From Alphaproteobacteria bacterium (GTDB taxonomy: Bacteria > Pseudomonadota > Alphaproteobacteria > Caulobacterales > Maricaulaceae): a DNA stretch of 39,627 nt. Below are positions 1 through 7,702 of this stretch, piece by piece. Position numbers and translations under genes: made by a program. The DNA is taken from the NCBI GenBank assembly GCA_021776705.1, contig JAJFFL010000166.1, positions 1 to 39,627 on the forward strand, given 5' to 3'. The notes below the pieces were generated by a model that was not told the origin of the DNA, searched no databases, and saw only the letters and a program-made list of their open reading frames with translations. The number at the start of each line of letters is the position of its first letter. Within the stretch, counting starts at the first letter, position 1.

Positions 1-1
1 G

Positions 2-160
2 TTCGCCGGCCTTCATGCGGTGCAGATCGAACTCAACCGCGCGCTCTATTTGGACGAACTGCGGCTTGAGCGCACCGCCGGCTTCGACAAGCTTCGCTCG
101 GCGCTGACGCGGATGATGGTCGCGCTCACGGACGCCGGTCGCCACGCCCTTCAGCCTTGA
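2..160 (+). CDS. 3' end of a gene cut by the window edge; C-terminus resembles the N-formylglutamate amidohydrolase (FGase/HutG-like) family
   Basis: Open frame from the window edge to TGA at 158-160. Translation: FAGLHAVQIELNRALYLDELRLERTAGFDKLRSALTRMMVALTDAGRHALQP. The VQIELNRALYLDE stretch matches my memory of FGase-family C-termini. Only 52 aa are visible. Confidence 0.45.
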   Translation, partial: FAGLHAVQIELNRALYLDELRLERTAGFDKLRSALTRMMVALTDAGRHALQP

Positions 161-178
161 GCGCCGGCGGAAAAAAAG

Positions 179-208
179 CGGCCGCGCAACGCGCGGCCGA
201 AGTTTATT
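179..208 (+). terminator. Candidate intrinsic terminator after the truncated upstream gene
   Basis: Perfect 9-bp GC stem cggccgcgc (179-187) / gcgcggccg (191-199) with loop aac. An A7 run lies upstream and aagtttatt downstream. The U-tract is weak. Confidence 0.4.
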
Positions 209-512
209 GGGGAGGAAACGCCCAATATGGGCGCGCCGACGTCGCGAACGACGCCCGCCGCGGGAGCGTATCCCGCAGTGCAGCACGCATCAAGGGCGGT
301 CCGCTGCAGCGCAACAATTGCGGCCCGCCGGCCCGGCTTGAGTATTGATTTCAAGCGTTTGTTGAGTTTGGCCCTCGGGCCCCAATGGGGCTCGGGGCCG
401 ACGCTTGGCGTCATTTTAGCCCAACAAGCGACGCCGACGCCCCACAATTCCCCTCAACGGCATGGTGCTTGCTGCGGGATAGCCGAACTTGGTTTTCGGC
501 AGGCGTGGCGCG

Positions 513-875
513 ATGGCGAGCGAAATTGACTTTTATGTCGGCAAGCGGCTTCGGCGCCGGCGGCGGCTGTTGGGCCTGACCCAGCAGCAACTCGCCGAAT
601 CGGTAGGGATTCGCTTTCAGCAGATCCAAAAATACGAGTGCGGCGCCAACCGCATCAGCGCGAGCCGTCTGTTTGAACTGTCGGGCGCGCTGCACGTGCC
701 GGTGCAGTACTTCTATGAAGGTCTGGCGGACGACGACGACGTTGAAAGCTCGGCCTTGAGCCCGGACATCTTGTCCCAAAAAGAAACGATGGACTTGGTG
801 CGGGCCTACTACAATCTCGCTGAAGGGCCGCGCCGGCGTCTTCTCGATCTTGCGAAATCCCTCAACGTCGACTGA
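513..875 (+). CDS. XRE (Cro/CI) family helix-turn-helix transcriptional regulator
   Basis: ORF 489..875. I prefer the ATG at 513 (MASEIDFYVGKRLRRRRRLLGLTQQQLAESVGIRFQQIQKYECGANRISASRLFELSGAL) over the TTG at 489. It has the classic HTH_XRE signature LGLTQ..LA...G......YE.G.N. Confidence 0.85.
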   Translation: MASEIDFYVGKRLRRRRRLLGLTQQQLAESVGIRFQQIQKYECGANRISASRLFELSGALHVPVQYFYEGLADDDDVESSALSPDILSQKETMDLVRAYYNLAEGPRRRLLDLAKSLNVD

Positions 876-918
876 CGGCGCCGTCGCCGAATTCTGCGGC
901 GTGTGATAAGCGCGCGGC

Positions 919-1737
919 ATGCCCGCGTCCGCCCCCCCATCGATCGACGACCTGTGTCATTTTTCGGCATTCGCGGAGCGTCTCGCCGACGCGGCGGCGG
1001 CGGAAACCGTGAGCCGTTTTCGCGTCACGGCCGACGTCGTCGACAAGTCCGGCGGTCGTGACTTCGACCCGGTGACCGACGCCGACCGGCTCGCTGAAGC
1101 CGCCATCCGCCGAATTATCGAAGCGAAATTTCCCGATCACGGTGTCTCCGGCGAAGAATTCGGCGATTCGCCGGCCGCCGGACCCTATACCTGGACGCTG
1201 GATCCGATCGACGGCACCCGCGCCTTCATCGCCGGCATTCCACTTTGGACGACGCTCATCGCCCTGTCTTGGAACGATGAGCCGGTGCTGGGCCTAGTGG
1301 ATCAGCCCTACATCGGCGAGCGTTATGTGGGGTACGCCGACCGGGCGGTGTTTCGCCGCGACGCCCGACATTCGCGATTGCGCGTACGAAGCTGCGCCGC
1401 GTTGCGCGACGCGGTCATTTCAACCACCGACCCGAATCTCTTCGACGGCGCTGAAGCGGCCGCGTTCGAGCAACTGCGCGCCACGGCGAAGCTCACGCGC
1501 TACGGCTGCGACGCTTACGCCTACATGCAACTCGCCGCCGGCCATGTGGACTTGGTCGCTGAAGCCGGCCTGCAGCCTCACGATGTTCGCGCCCTCGTCC
1601 CGATCGTTCGTGCGGCCGGCGGCGTGCTGACCGATTGGTACGGCGAGTCTGGACCGGATTCCGGACAGGTCATCGCCGCGGGCGACCCACGCGTGTTGAA
1701 CGATGCGCTGGTCAGCTTGAAACGGTCGGCGCGCTAG
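919..1737 (+). CDS. hisN: Inositol-monophosphatase-fold enzyme, most like HisN-type histidinol-phosphatase
   Basis: 272-aa ORF with the IMPase motifs GEEFG and WTLDPIDGTRAFIAGIPLWTTLIAL, and a C-terminal VPIVRAAGGVLTDW. The overall layout matches alphaproteobacterial HisN as I remember it. Confidence 0.7.
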   Translation: MPASAPPSIDDLCHFSAFAERLADAAAAETVSRFRVTADVVDKSGGRDFDPVTDADRLAEAAIRRIIEAKFPDHGVSGEEFGDSPAAGPYTWTLDPIDGTRAFIAGIPLWTTLIALSWNDEPVLGLVDQPYIGERYVGYADRAVFRRDARHSRLRVRSCAALRDAVISTTDPNLFDGAEAAAFEQLRATAKLTRYGCDAYAYMQLAAGHVDLVAEAGLQPHDVRALVPIVRAAGGVLTDWYGESGPDSGQVIAAGDPRVLNDALVSLKRSAR

Positions 1738-2039
1738 CGCGCGGCCAGGCGGCGCGCCAAATCCAGCGCCACGCCCATGTCGCCCGAGACTTTGAAGCGG
1801 CCGCGCAGGAAGGCTTTGGCGGGATCGAGTCGGCCGTCAGCCATGGCGAGAAAGTCGTCGAGACTGACGGCGAGTTCACAATCGGCGGCGCCGCCGGACA
1901 GCCCGACGACACCGGCCGGGCCATCGACCCGCACCCGACCTTCGGAGCCGAAATCAAACGCCACGACCTTGTCGAACCCATCGCGTTTGAGCGCCTGCCG
2001 GGCGCGATCGATCAGCTGCAGCACCCGGGCGTCGGTCAC
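1734..2039 (-). CDS. Small SCP2 (sterol carrier protein 2-like) lipid-binding domain protein
   Basis: C-terminal part of ORF 1734..2207: ADCELAVSLDDFLAMADGRLDPAKAFLRGRFKVSGDMGVALDLARRL, which is typical of an SCP2 domain. I chose the GTG at 2039-2037 as the start because it overlaps the upstream stop (GTGA, 2036-2039). The stop shares a palindromic CTAG (1734-1737) with the hisN stop. Confidence 0.7.
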   Translation of the reverse strand: MTDARVLQLIDRARQALKRDGFDKVVAFDFGSEGRVRVDGPAGVVGLSGGAADCELAVSLDDFLAMADGRLDPAKAFLRGRFKVSGDMGVALDLARRLAAR

Positions 2040-2719
2040 GGGGTGAACACCATTCGGCGTGGGGCGCGGCCGAATTCGAGCCGGACGACGTGACGGAGGG
2101 ATCGGTCCTTCAAAGGCATGAATTCGGCGGAGTCGAAATACGCCGGCAACGGAACCCTTCGGCCGTCCGCAAACACCGCGTCGGCCGCCGGCGCAGATCC
2201 GTCCCACTCAAAGCGAACGCCGTGGATTCCGGGCGCGATCCAGCCGATGATTCCGTGCTGGCGGCGAACGAACCTGTCGGCCTGCACGGCGCCCCGCACG
2301 AGCCTCGCGGCGTCTGTCGATTCGGCCGGCGCCGAAGTCGGCGACAAGACGATCTCAAGTCGCGGCGATCCCGCCGCCGGCGTTGCGGCGACGAGAATCG
2401 GATGTTGTTCGAAAACGTGCGGCCCCGGAAGGCTCAGATCGTGCTGCTGCGCGGAAGCGAGCAGCTTGAATTTCTCGCCCGCCGCATCTGTAAGGAAATA
2501 GCACGCGCCGCCGTCGGCATCGGATCCGTGGAATGACGGCTGAAATGAATCGCGCTCGCCGACGGGCAGCGCGCGGTAGGCGCTGAGTCGGCGAAACGCC
2601 TTCGACGCCGGACTCAATACGAGGCGCAATTCCGGCTCGGCGCCGAAGCCGCATCGCGTGTTCGCAAAATCCTCCGGCGCCGTCTGCAAGGCTGCGGCCA
2701 GGATCGCTTCGACGATCAT
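2036..2719 (-). CDS. Hypothetical protein (227 aa), no family recognised
   Basis: Longest ORF in the region with a balanced amino-acid composition, unlike the R/P/A-rich overlapping frames. Its ATG overlaps the upstream stop (ATGA at 2716-2719) and its stop overlaps the downstream GTG. Confidence 0.6.
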   Translation of the reverse strand: MIVEAILAAALQTAPEDFANTRCGFGAEPELRLVLSPASKAFRRLSAYRALPVGERDSFQPSFHGSDADGGACYFLTDAAGEKFKLLASAQQHDLSLPGPHVFEQHPILVAATPAAGSPRLEIVLSPTSAPAESTDAARLVRGAVQADRFVRRQHGIIGWIAPGIHGVRFEWDGSAPAADAVFADGRRVPLPAYFDSAEFMPLKDRSLRHVVRLEFGRAPRRMVFTP

Positions 2720-3582
2720 GATCCGGGTTTGCGAAAGATCAGGATCGTTTGATCCGGTTCGCCGATCGGGTCGAAGGCGCCGCGGTCGTACGCCGGATCA
2801 GGCGCCGCACCGAATGCGGACGTGCGATTGTACGGAGCCAAGGTCCAGACACCGAAGGGGTGATCATGGTCGTCCGCGGGATTGGCGTAGAGATCACTCT
2901 CGGCGACGAACGAAAATCCCGCGTCCTCGGCAAGGCGACGAATGTGCGACGCCTGCACGTAGCCGGTCGGGGCGGCCGGGTCTTGCACGCCGCCCTCGGT
3001 CGCGCGCGCTTCCACGATCACGAGCGCGCCGCCGGCAACCAAGGCGGCGAACGCGTCGGCGAACGCTTTGTCCGCGAAGCCGAGGGCCATCCACGCATGG
3101 ACATCGCGAACGCTGAAAATAACATCGAGGGAGTTCGACTCCGCGAGAGGGCCGGTGTTCCGGCCGAACGTCGTGAAGCGAACGTCGCCGAACACCGACG
3201 TGTCGGCGAAGCGTTCCCGCAATCGAGAGTTCAGCGCCTCGACGTCGTCTTCGGGTTCCGCCGGCGGAACCGCCAGCGCCACAGAGCCGCCCCCGTGGCG
3301 GGCGTAAGGGGCCAAGACGCCGGCCGCCCAGCCGGATCCGGGCCACATTTCGAGGATGTCGAAATCGGGGTCGACGCCGACGACGTCAAAAAATTCAACG
3401 GGTTTGAGGGCCGCGTCCCGGCTCCGGTCCTCCTCCGACCGCCATGCGCCCGCCACAGCCCAGTCAAGCGTGCCGGCCAACGGCTGCGGCGCGGACTCAA
3501 TCTCGACCGGCGCGGGCGCGTCGTCGCCGCACGCTGACAGCATCAACGCGGCGGCGGCCCCAAGTGTCCTTGCGAGGTTCAT
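2716..3582 (-). CDS. Exported lipoprotein, class I SAM-dependent methyltransferase-like (predicted periplasmic methyltransferase family)
   Basis: Internal ATG at 3582-3580 of the over-long ORF 2716..4197 gives MNLARTLGAAAALMLSACGDD, a signal peptide plus L-S-A-C lipobox. The body carries DILEMWPGSGWAAGVLAP, a glycine-rich SAM-binding-like motif, and GGALVIVEA. The region upstream of 3582 runs antisense to hsp20 and is not credible coding sequence. Confidence 0.7.
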   Translation of the reverse strand: MNLARTLGAAAALMLSACGDDAPAPVEIESAPQPLAGTLDWAVAGAWRSEEDRSRDAALKPVEFFDVVGVDPDFDILEMWPGSGWAAGVLAPYARHGGGSVALAVPPAEPEDDVEALNSRLRERFADTSVFGDVRFTTFGRNTGPLAESNSLDVIFSVRDVHAWMALGFADKAFADAFAALVAGGALVIVEARATEGGVQDPAAPTGYVQASHIRRLAEDAGFSFVAESDLYANPADDHDHPFGVWTLAPYNRTSAFGAAPDPAYDRGAFDPIGEPDQTILIFRKPGS

Positions 3583-3626
3583 GGGAGGGCCGATACACGA
3601 GCCGTCCGGCGGCGTCCATCCATGCT

Positions 3627-3654
3627 CTTGCGCGGCTGTGGCGACGCCCCCACA
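3627..3654 (+). promoter_or_regulatory. Candidate sigma32 (RpoH)-type heat-shock promoter for hsp20
   Basis: CTTGCG (3627-3632), a 14-nt spacer, then CCCCACAT (3647-3654). Compare the textbook sigma32 consensus CTTGAA-N13-17-CCCCATNT. It sits about 140 nt upstream of the hsp20 ATG. Confidence 0.45.
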
Positions 3655-3767
3655 TCCCCAACGGACGCCGCCGACGGCGGGTCCGCCGGCCGGAGCGTCG
3701 CCGTGTGCGGGACGCGCATACCGGCCATGCGGGACGCCTCGGCCCGCCACCCGAATTCGAGGCAAAA

Positions 3768-3791
3768 CACGTCGCTTCTTAGGAGGATGTG
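3768..3791 (+). promoter_or_regulatory. SD-sequestering hairpin with a bulged G (ROSE-like RNA thermometer candidate)
   Basis: CACGUC (3768-3773) pairs with GAUGUG (3786-3791). CUUC (3775-3778) pairs with GGAG of the AGGAGG SD (3782-3785). G3774 is bulged and the loop is UUA. The helix contains G-U and A-U pairs, and the ATG is at 3796. Confidence 0.45.
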
Positions 3792-3795
3792 ACAG

Positions 3796-4269
3796 ATGCG
3801 TGCAATGGACCTGACACCGCTTTACCGCTCGATCGTGGGAGTGGACCGCATGATCGACATGATCGACGCCGCCACCCGCTCCGACACGGGCTCGCCGGCC
3901 TATCCCCCGTTCAACATCGAAGAGACCGATGAAAACGCGTATCGGATCGAACTCGCCGTCGCCGGTTTCCGCGAGGACGATCTCACCGTCGAGGTCAATG
4001 AAGGCGCCTTGACGATCGCCGGCCGAAAGGAAATTGCGGACGACCGCAAGTTCCTGCACCGCGGGATCGCCGAACGCGCCTTCGAGCGCCGGTTCAAACT
4101 TGCCGACCACGTCATCGTCGACGGCGCCCGGCTTGAAAACGGCATGCTGACAATCGATCTGCGCCGTGAATTGCCGGAAACCATGAAGCCGCGGCAAATC
4201 GCGATTTCTAACGGCGCCGCCAATGCGAGTCGGACGAAGAAGGTCATAGACGCGTCGAGCGGAGACTGA
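3796..4269 (+). CDS. Small heat-shock protein, Hsp20/alpha-crystallin family (IbpA-like)
   Basis: 157 aa: PPFNIEETDENAYRIELAVAGFREDDLTVEVNEGALTIAGRK...FLHRGIAERAFERRFKLADHVIVDGARLENGMLTIDL. It has the canonical alpha-crystallin domain and an AGGAGG SD 9 nt upstream. Confidence 0.93.
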   Translation: MRAMDLTPLYRSIVGVDRMIDMIDAATRSDTGSPAYPPFNIEETDENAYRIELAVAGFREDDLTVEVNEGALTIAGRKEIADDRKFLHRGIAERAFERRFKLADHVIVDGARLENGMLTIDLRRELPETMKPRQIAISNGAANASRTKKVIDASSGD

Positions 4270-4292
4270 CCTTCAGTGCAATGCCGCGCGGC

Positions 4293-4324
4293 AAGGCGGC
4301 GCGCTTTCAGCGCGCCGCCTTTTC
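4293..4324 (+). terminator. Intrinsic terminator of hsp20, embedded in the 3' end of the convergent ribD-like gene
   Basis: Perfect 13-bp stem aaggcggcgcgct (4293-4305) / agcgcgccgcctt (4309-4321) with loop ttc, followed by tttcc. The stop of the minus-strand gene (4307-4309) lies in the loop region. Confidence 0.7.
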
Positions 4325-4960
4325 CGCCTCGCAATCGATGTCGACCAAACCGGCCGCCCTCAGGGCCTGAGCCAGTGGCGTTCCGGGAATCGCCCGCACG
4401 CGCGTCAGACCGATCTTAGCCAGCGCCTTGAGGGCGTGCGCCGAGACTTGATCGGCGCTCAAATCAAGGTCGGCGTCGTAGCTCTCCGCGTCCGGGTCTA
4501 TCGCCACCAACGGCCGACCGCGGCGCACGACGGAAAGAAATCCCGAATTGACCCGCTCGGCGTCTACACCGAGCAATCCAACCTCAACCGCCACGCCAGC
4601 GTTGCGCAACCGCGCGACACCGAGTCCGTCGGCGAACGCGTGCGGGTCCGGACTGGCCGCGATCACGCGCGCGACTCCAGCGTCGACCAACCGCTGCGAA
4701 CACGACGCGTCGCCGGACGAACGGCGCGCGCACGGTTCCAGCGTCACGTAAACTGTTGAATCGGCTGCGCCGCCGGCGGCGGCCGTCAAGGCGAACTCTT
4801 CGGCGTGGGGCCGGCCGCCGTCGCCCGTCGCGCCTTCGCCGACAACGACGCCGTTGTTGACGATGACGCAGCCGACAGCGGGGTTGGGGGCGACGCGACC
4901 GAGCCGAGAGCGCGCCAGTTCGAGGGCGCGCGTCATGTGGATCTGGTCGGCGGTCGTCAA
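4307..4960 (-). CDS. ribD: RibD-like pyrimidine deaminase domain protein with a vestigial C-terminal (reductase) region
   Basis: HMTRALELA...NPAVGCVIV...PHAEEFAL...[16 protein letters not shown] matches the CDA-fold H-A-E / PC..C zinc motifs of the RibD N-domain. Only about 70 aa follow ([10 protein letters not shown]...[25 protein letters not shown]), where a full reductase domain has roughly 200. The TTG start at 4960 overlaps the gpmA stop (TTGA); the alternative ATG is at 4936. Confidence 0.7.
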   Translation of the reverse strand: MTTADQIHMTRALELARSRLGRVAPNPAVGCVIVNNGVVVGEGATGDGGRPHAEEFALTAAAGGAADSTVYVTLEPCARRSSGDASCSQRLVDAGVARVIAASPDPHAFADGLGVARLRNAGVAVEVGLLGVDAERVNSGFLSVVRRGRPLVAIDPDAESYDADLDLSADQVSAHALKALAKIGLTRVRAIPGTPLAQALRAAGLVDIDCEAEKAAR

Positions 4961-5694
4961 GCCGAAACCGCCGGCGACGGCGGAAGCTTATTGCTCCGTG
5001 CGGTGTCCAAATAGGCGGCGTCGATGAGATTCAGCGTCGGACCGTCAAACCTCACCAAGAGCGGATTTCCGGTGGGAACCTCAAAATTGAGAATGTCGGC
5101 GTCGGAAACGCCGAAGATGTGCTTCATGGTGGCGCGCAGCGAATTTCCGTGCGCGACGACGATCACCGATCTCCCGCCCTCCAGACTCGGCTCAATCATG
5201 GTCGACCAATAGGGCAAGACGCGATCGAGCGTCGTCTTCAACGACTCCGTCGCCGGCAGCTCCGCGTCGTCGATTTCAGCGTAGCGCGGATCGAACCGCG
5301 GGTGCCGTGCGTCGTCGTCGGCAAGCGGCGGCGGCGGGATGTCGTACGACCGCCGCCAAATGCGAACCTGGTCCTCGCCGTGCGCCGCCGCCGTTTCGGC
5401 CTTGTCGAGCCCCGTCAGCGCCCCGTAGTGCCTCTCGTTTAAGCGCCAGTCTTTGAGTTCCGGCAGATAGGTCCGGTCCATCTCCTCCAACGCCAGCCAT
5501 GACGTCCGGATCGCCCGTTTGAGAACCGACGTGTGGACTTCGGCGAAGTCGACGCCGGTGTCCTTCAGCAGCCGACCGGCCCGACGCGCTTCCGCTTCCC
5601 CGGTGTCGGTCAGATCCACGTCCTCCCATCCGGTGAATCGATTCTCGAGATTCCACTGGCTTTGGCCGTGGCGCAAAAGGGCGAGGGTCGTCAT
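4957..5694 (-). CDS. gpmA: 2,3-bisphosphoglycerate-dependent phosphoglycerate mutase
   Basis: The internal ATG at 5694 gives [36 protein letters not shown], containing the RHG catalytic motif, and later [13 protein letters not shown]. The 21 aa upstream in ORF 4957..5757 are not conserved-looking. Confidence 0.92.
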   Translation of the reverse strand: MTTLALLRHGQSQWNLENRFTGWEDVDLTDTGEAEARRAGRLLKDTGVDFAEVHTSVLKRAIRTSWLALEEMDRTYLPELKDWRLNERHYGALTGLDKAETAAAHGEDQVRIWRRSYDIPPPPLADDDARHPRFDPRYAEIDDAELPATESLKTTLDRVLPYWSTMIEPSLEGGRSVIVVAHGNSLRATMKHIFGVSDADILNFEVPTGNPLLVRFDGPTLNLIDAAYLDTARSNKLPPSPAVSA

Positions 5695-5799
5695 GCACGT
5701 CTCCGGAAGGGCGGCGTCGAGGGTTAGCTTCCGCTTTCGACCCAGGCAAGTCGCCACGGACGCTTTCCCCCGGCGCCGTCAACGGTTAGAAGCCCCGCC

Positions 5800-6798
5800 A
5801 TGACCCAGATGACGTCCCCCACCTCCACGTCCGACAGCGACGAACCTGTCGCGATCGCGCGGCGCGTGCTGGCGACGGAGATCGCCGGCCTTGAAAACCT
5901 GTCGGATTCGATCGGCCAAGACTTCGCCGCCGCCGTGACGCTCATTCGCGATCTCAAGGGCCGGCTCATCTGCGCCGGGATCGGCAAGTCCGGCCACATC
6001 GCGCGCAAGATCGCCGCGACTTTGGCGTCGACCGGCACGCCGGCTCAGTTCATTCATCCGACCGAGGCCAGTCACGGCGACCTTGGCATGATCACGCCGG
6101 ACGACGCCGTCTTGGCGTTGTCCAAATCCGGTGAGACCCGCGAGCTCGCCGACATGCTCGCCTACTCCCGGCGGTTCTCAATTCCGTTGATCGCCATGAC
6201 TTGTCAAAGTGACAGCCTTCTTGGTCGCGAGGCCGACATCGTTCTGGCGTGTCCGGACGCGCCTGAAGCCTGCGGCGAAACGCGCGCCCCGACGACGTCG
6301 ACGACGGTCATGCTGGCGCTGGGCGACGCGCTCGCGGTCGCGCTTCTGGAGACCCGCGGATTCACCGCGTCGGACTTTCGGGCGTTCCACCCTGGGGGCA
6401 CGCTTGGCGGCGCGCTGTCGTCGGTGCGCGATTTGATGCACGCGGGCGAGGAGGTTCCGACGATCGGGCCGAACTCGCCAATGTCCGAGGCGCTGATCGC
6501 CATGTCGGAAAAACGATTTGGTTGCGTCGGAGTGGTCGACGGCGCCGGGGCCCTTGTCGGCATCGTGACCGACGGCGACCTGCGCCGCCACATGGGCCCG
6601 GATCTGTTGAACCAAACCGCCGGCGAGGTGATGACTCGCGCGCCGCGAGTCGCCCGGCCCGCGACGCTCGCCGCCGAGGCCTTGCGGATGATGACGGAGA
6701 TGGACCCGCGCGTGACCGTTCTGTTCGTCGTCGATGACGACCGAAGGCCTGTCGGCATTCTGCACATGCACGACTGCCTGCGCGCCGGCGTCGCCTGA
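5800..6798 (+). CDS. kpsF: Arabinose-5-phosphate isomerase, KpsF/GutQ family (SIS domain plus tandem CBS)
   Basis: GRLICAGIGKSGHIARKIAATLASTGTPAQFIHPTEASHGDLGMI is the SIS domain. The C-terminal CBS pair includes GCVGVVD...LVGIVTDGDLRR and PVGILHMHDCLRAG. Confidence 0.9.
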   Translation: MTQMTSPTSTSDSDEPVAIARRVLATEIAGLENLSDSIGQDFAAAVTLIRDLKGRLICAGIGKSGHIARKIAATLASTGTPAQFIHPTEASHGDLGMITPDDAVLALSKSGETRELADMLAYSRRFSIPLIAMTCQSDSLLGREADIVLACPDAPEACGETRAPTTSTTVMLALGDALAVALLETRGFTASDFRAFHPGGTLGGALSSVRDLMHAGEEVPTIGPNSPMSEALIAMSEKRFGCVGVVDGAGALVGIVTDGDLRRHMGPDLLNQTAGEVMTRAPRVARPATLAAEALRMMTEMDPRVTVLFVVDDDRRPVGILHMHDCLRAGVA

Positions 6799-6808
6799 GG
6801 AGATCTCC

Positions 6809-7702
6809 ATGGCCCGACTTCGCAAAGCCGTGCTCCCCGTCGCCGGTCTGGGGACCCGCGTGCTGCCGGCGACCAAGTCGATACCGAAGGAAATGCTGCC
6901 GGTGTTCGACCGGCCCGCAATTCAATACGTGGTCGACGAAGCTCTGGAGGCCGGCGTCGAGCACATCGTGTTCGTCACCGGTCGCAACAAGGGCGCGATT
7001 GAGGACTACTTCGACCGCGCCTACGAACTCGAAGACACCCTGAAGATGAAGGGCAAGACGGACGTCTTGAACGCCCTCGACAGGGAGTTGCCGTCGCCCG
7101 GTTCGATGAGCTTCGTCCGTCAGCAGGCGCCGTTGGGCCTCGGTCATGCGATCTGGTGCGCCCGCGACGTAATAGGCGACGAGCCGTTCGCGGTCCTCTT
7201 GCCCGACGTTCTGGTTCAGGCGACGCCCTCCTGTCTCGCCCAGATGATGGCGGCTTACGAGAAAACCAGCGGCAACATCATCGCCGTCGAGCGGGTGCCG
7301 GAAGAGGCGGTGTCGAACTTCGGCGTCATCGCGCCGGCGGGCCCTGAGGGCGACTTGATGAAGATGACGGGCATGGTTGAAAAGCCGAAGCGCGAAGAGG
7401 CGCCGTCAAATCTGGCGATCACGGGACGCTACATCCTGCAGCCGGAAATCTTCGCACTGTTGGCGTCCCAGGCGACCGGCGCCGGCGGTGAAATTCAGCT
7501 CACCGACGCGATGGCGCGTCTCATGAAAGTCCAACCGTTCCACGCCTTGCGCTATGACGGCCGCAGCTACGACTGCGGCAACAAGGTCGGCTATCTTGAG
7601 GCGTCGCTCGCCTACGCTCTGCGTGATCCGGAGTTCGGCGCTCAGGCGCGCGCCACAGCGGCCGCTCTGCTTCAAGACTGGCCGGAAAAACCCGCCGGCT
7701 GA
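6809..7702 (+). CDS. galU: UTP--glucose-1-phosphate uridylyltransferase
   Basis: ATG at 6809 preceded by GAGGAG (6797-6802). MARLRKAVLPVAGLGTRVLPATKSIPKEMLPV and VEKPK are GalU hallmark motifs. The 25-aa N-terminal extension in ORF 6734.. is rejected. Confidence 0.92.
   Translation: MARLRKAVLPVAGLGTRVLPATKSIPKEMLPVFDRPAIQYVVDEALEAGVEHIVFVTGRNKGAIEDYFDRAYELEDTLKMKGKTDVLNALDRELPSPGSMSFVRQQAPLGLGHAIWCARDVIGDEPFAVLLPDVLVQATPSCLAQMMAAYEKTSGNIIAVERVPEEAVSNFGVIAPAGPEGDLMKMTGMVEKPKREEAPSNLAITGRYILQPEIFALLASQATGAGGEIQLTDAMARLMKVQPFHALRYDGRSYDCGNKVGYLEASLAYALRDPEFGAQARATAAALLQDWPEKPAG

Noticed and set aside
227-529. 100-aa ORF with an upstream GGAGGA in the first intergenic region. The 98-aa antisense ORF 151..447 falls in the same region.
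   Set aside because: The translations are Ala/Pro/Arg/Gly-rich with no motif. The ORF overlaps the XRE start and spans strong hairpin and terminator structures. The region is more consistent with non-coding RNA or leader sequence.
3583-4197. N-terminal 205 aa of ORF 2716..4197 (-).
   Set aside because: It runs antisense through the hsp20 gene and its leader. The internal ATG at 3582 gives a textbook signal peptide plus lipobox, so the long form is rejected.
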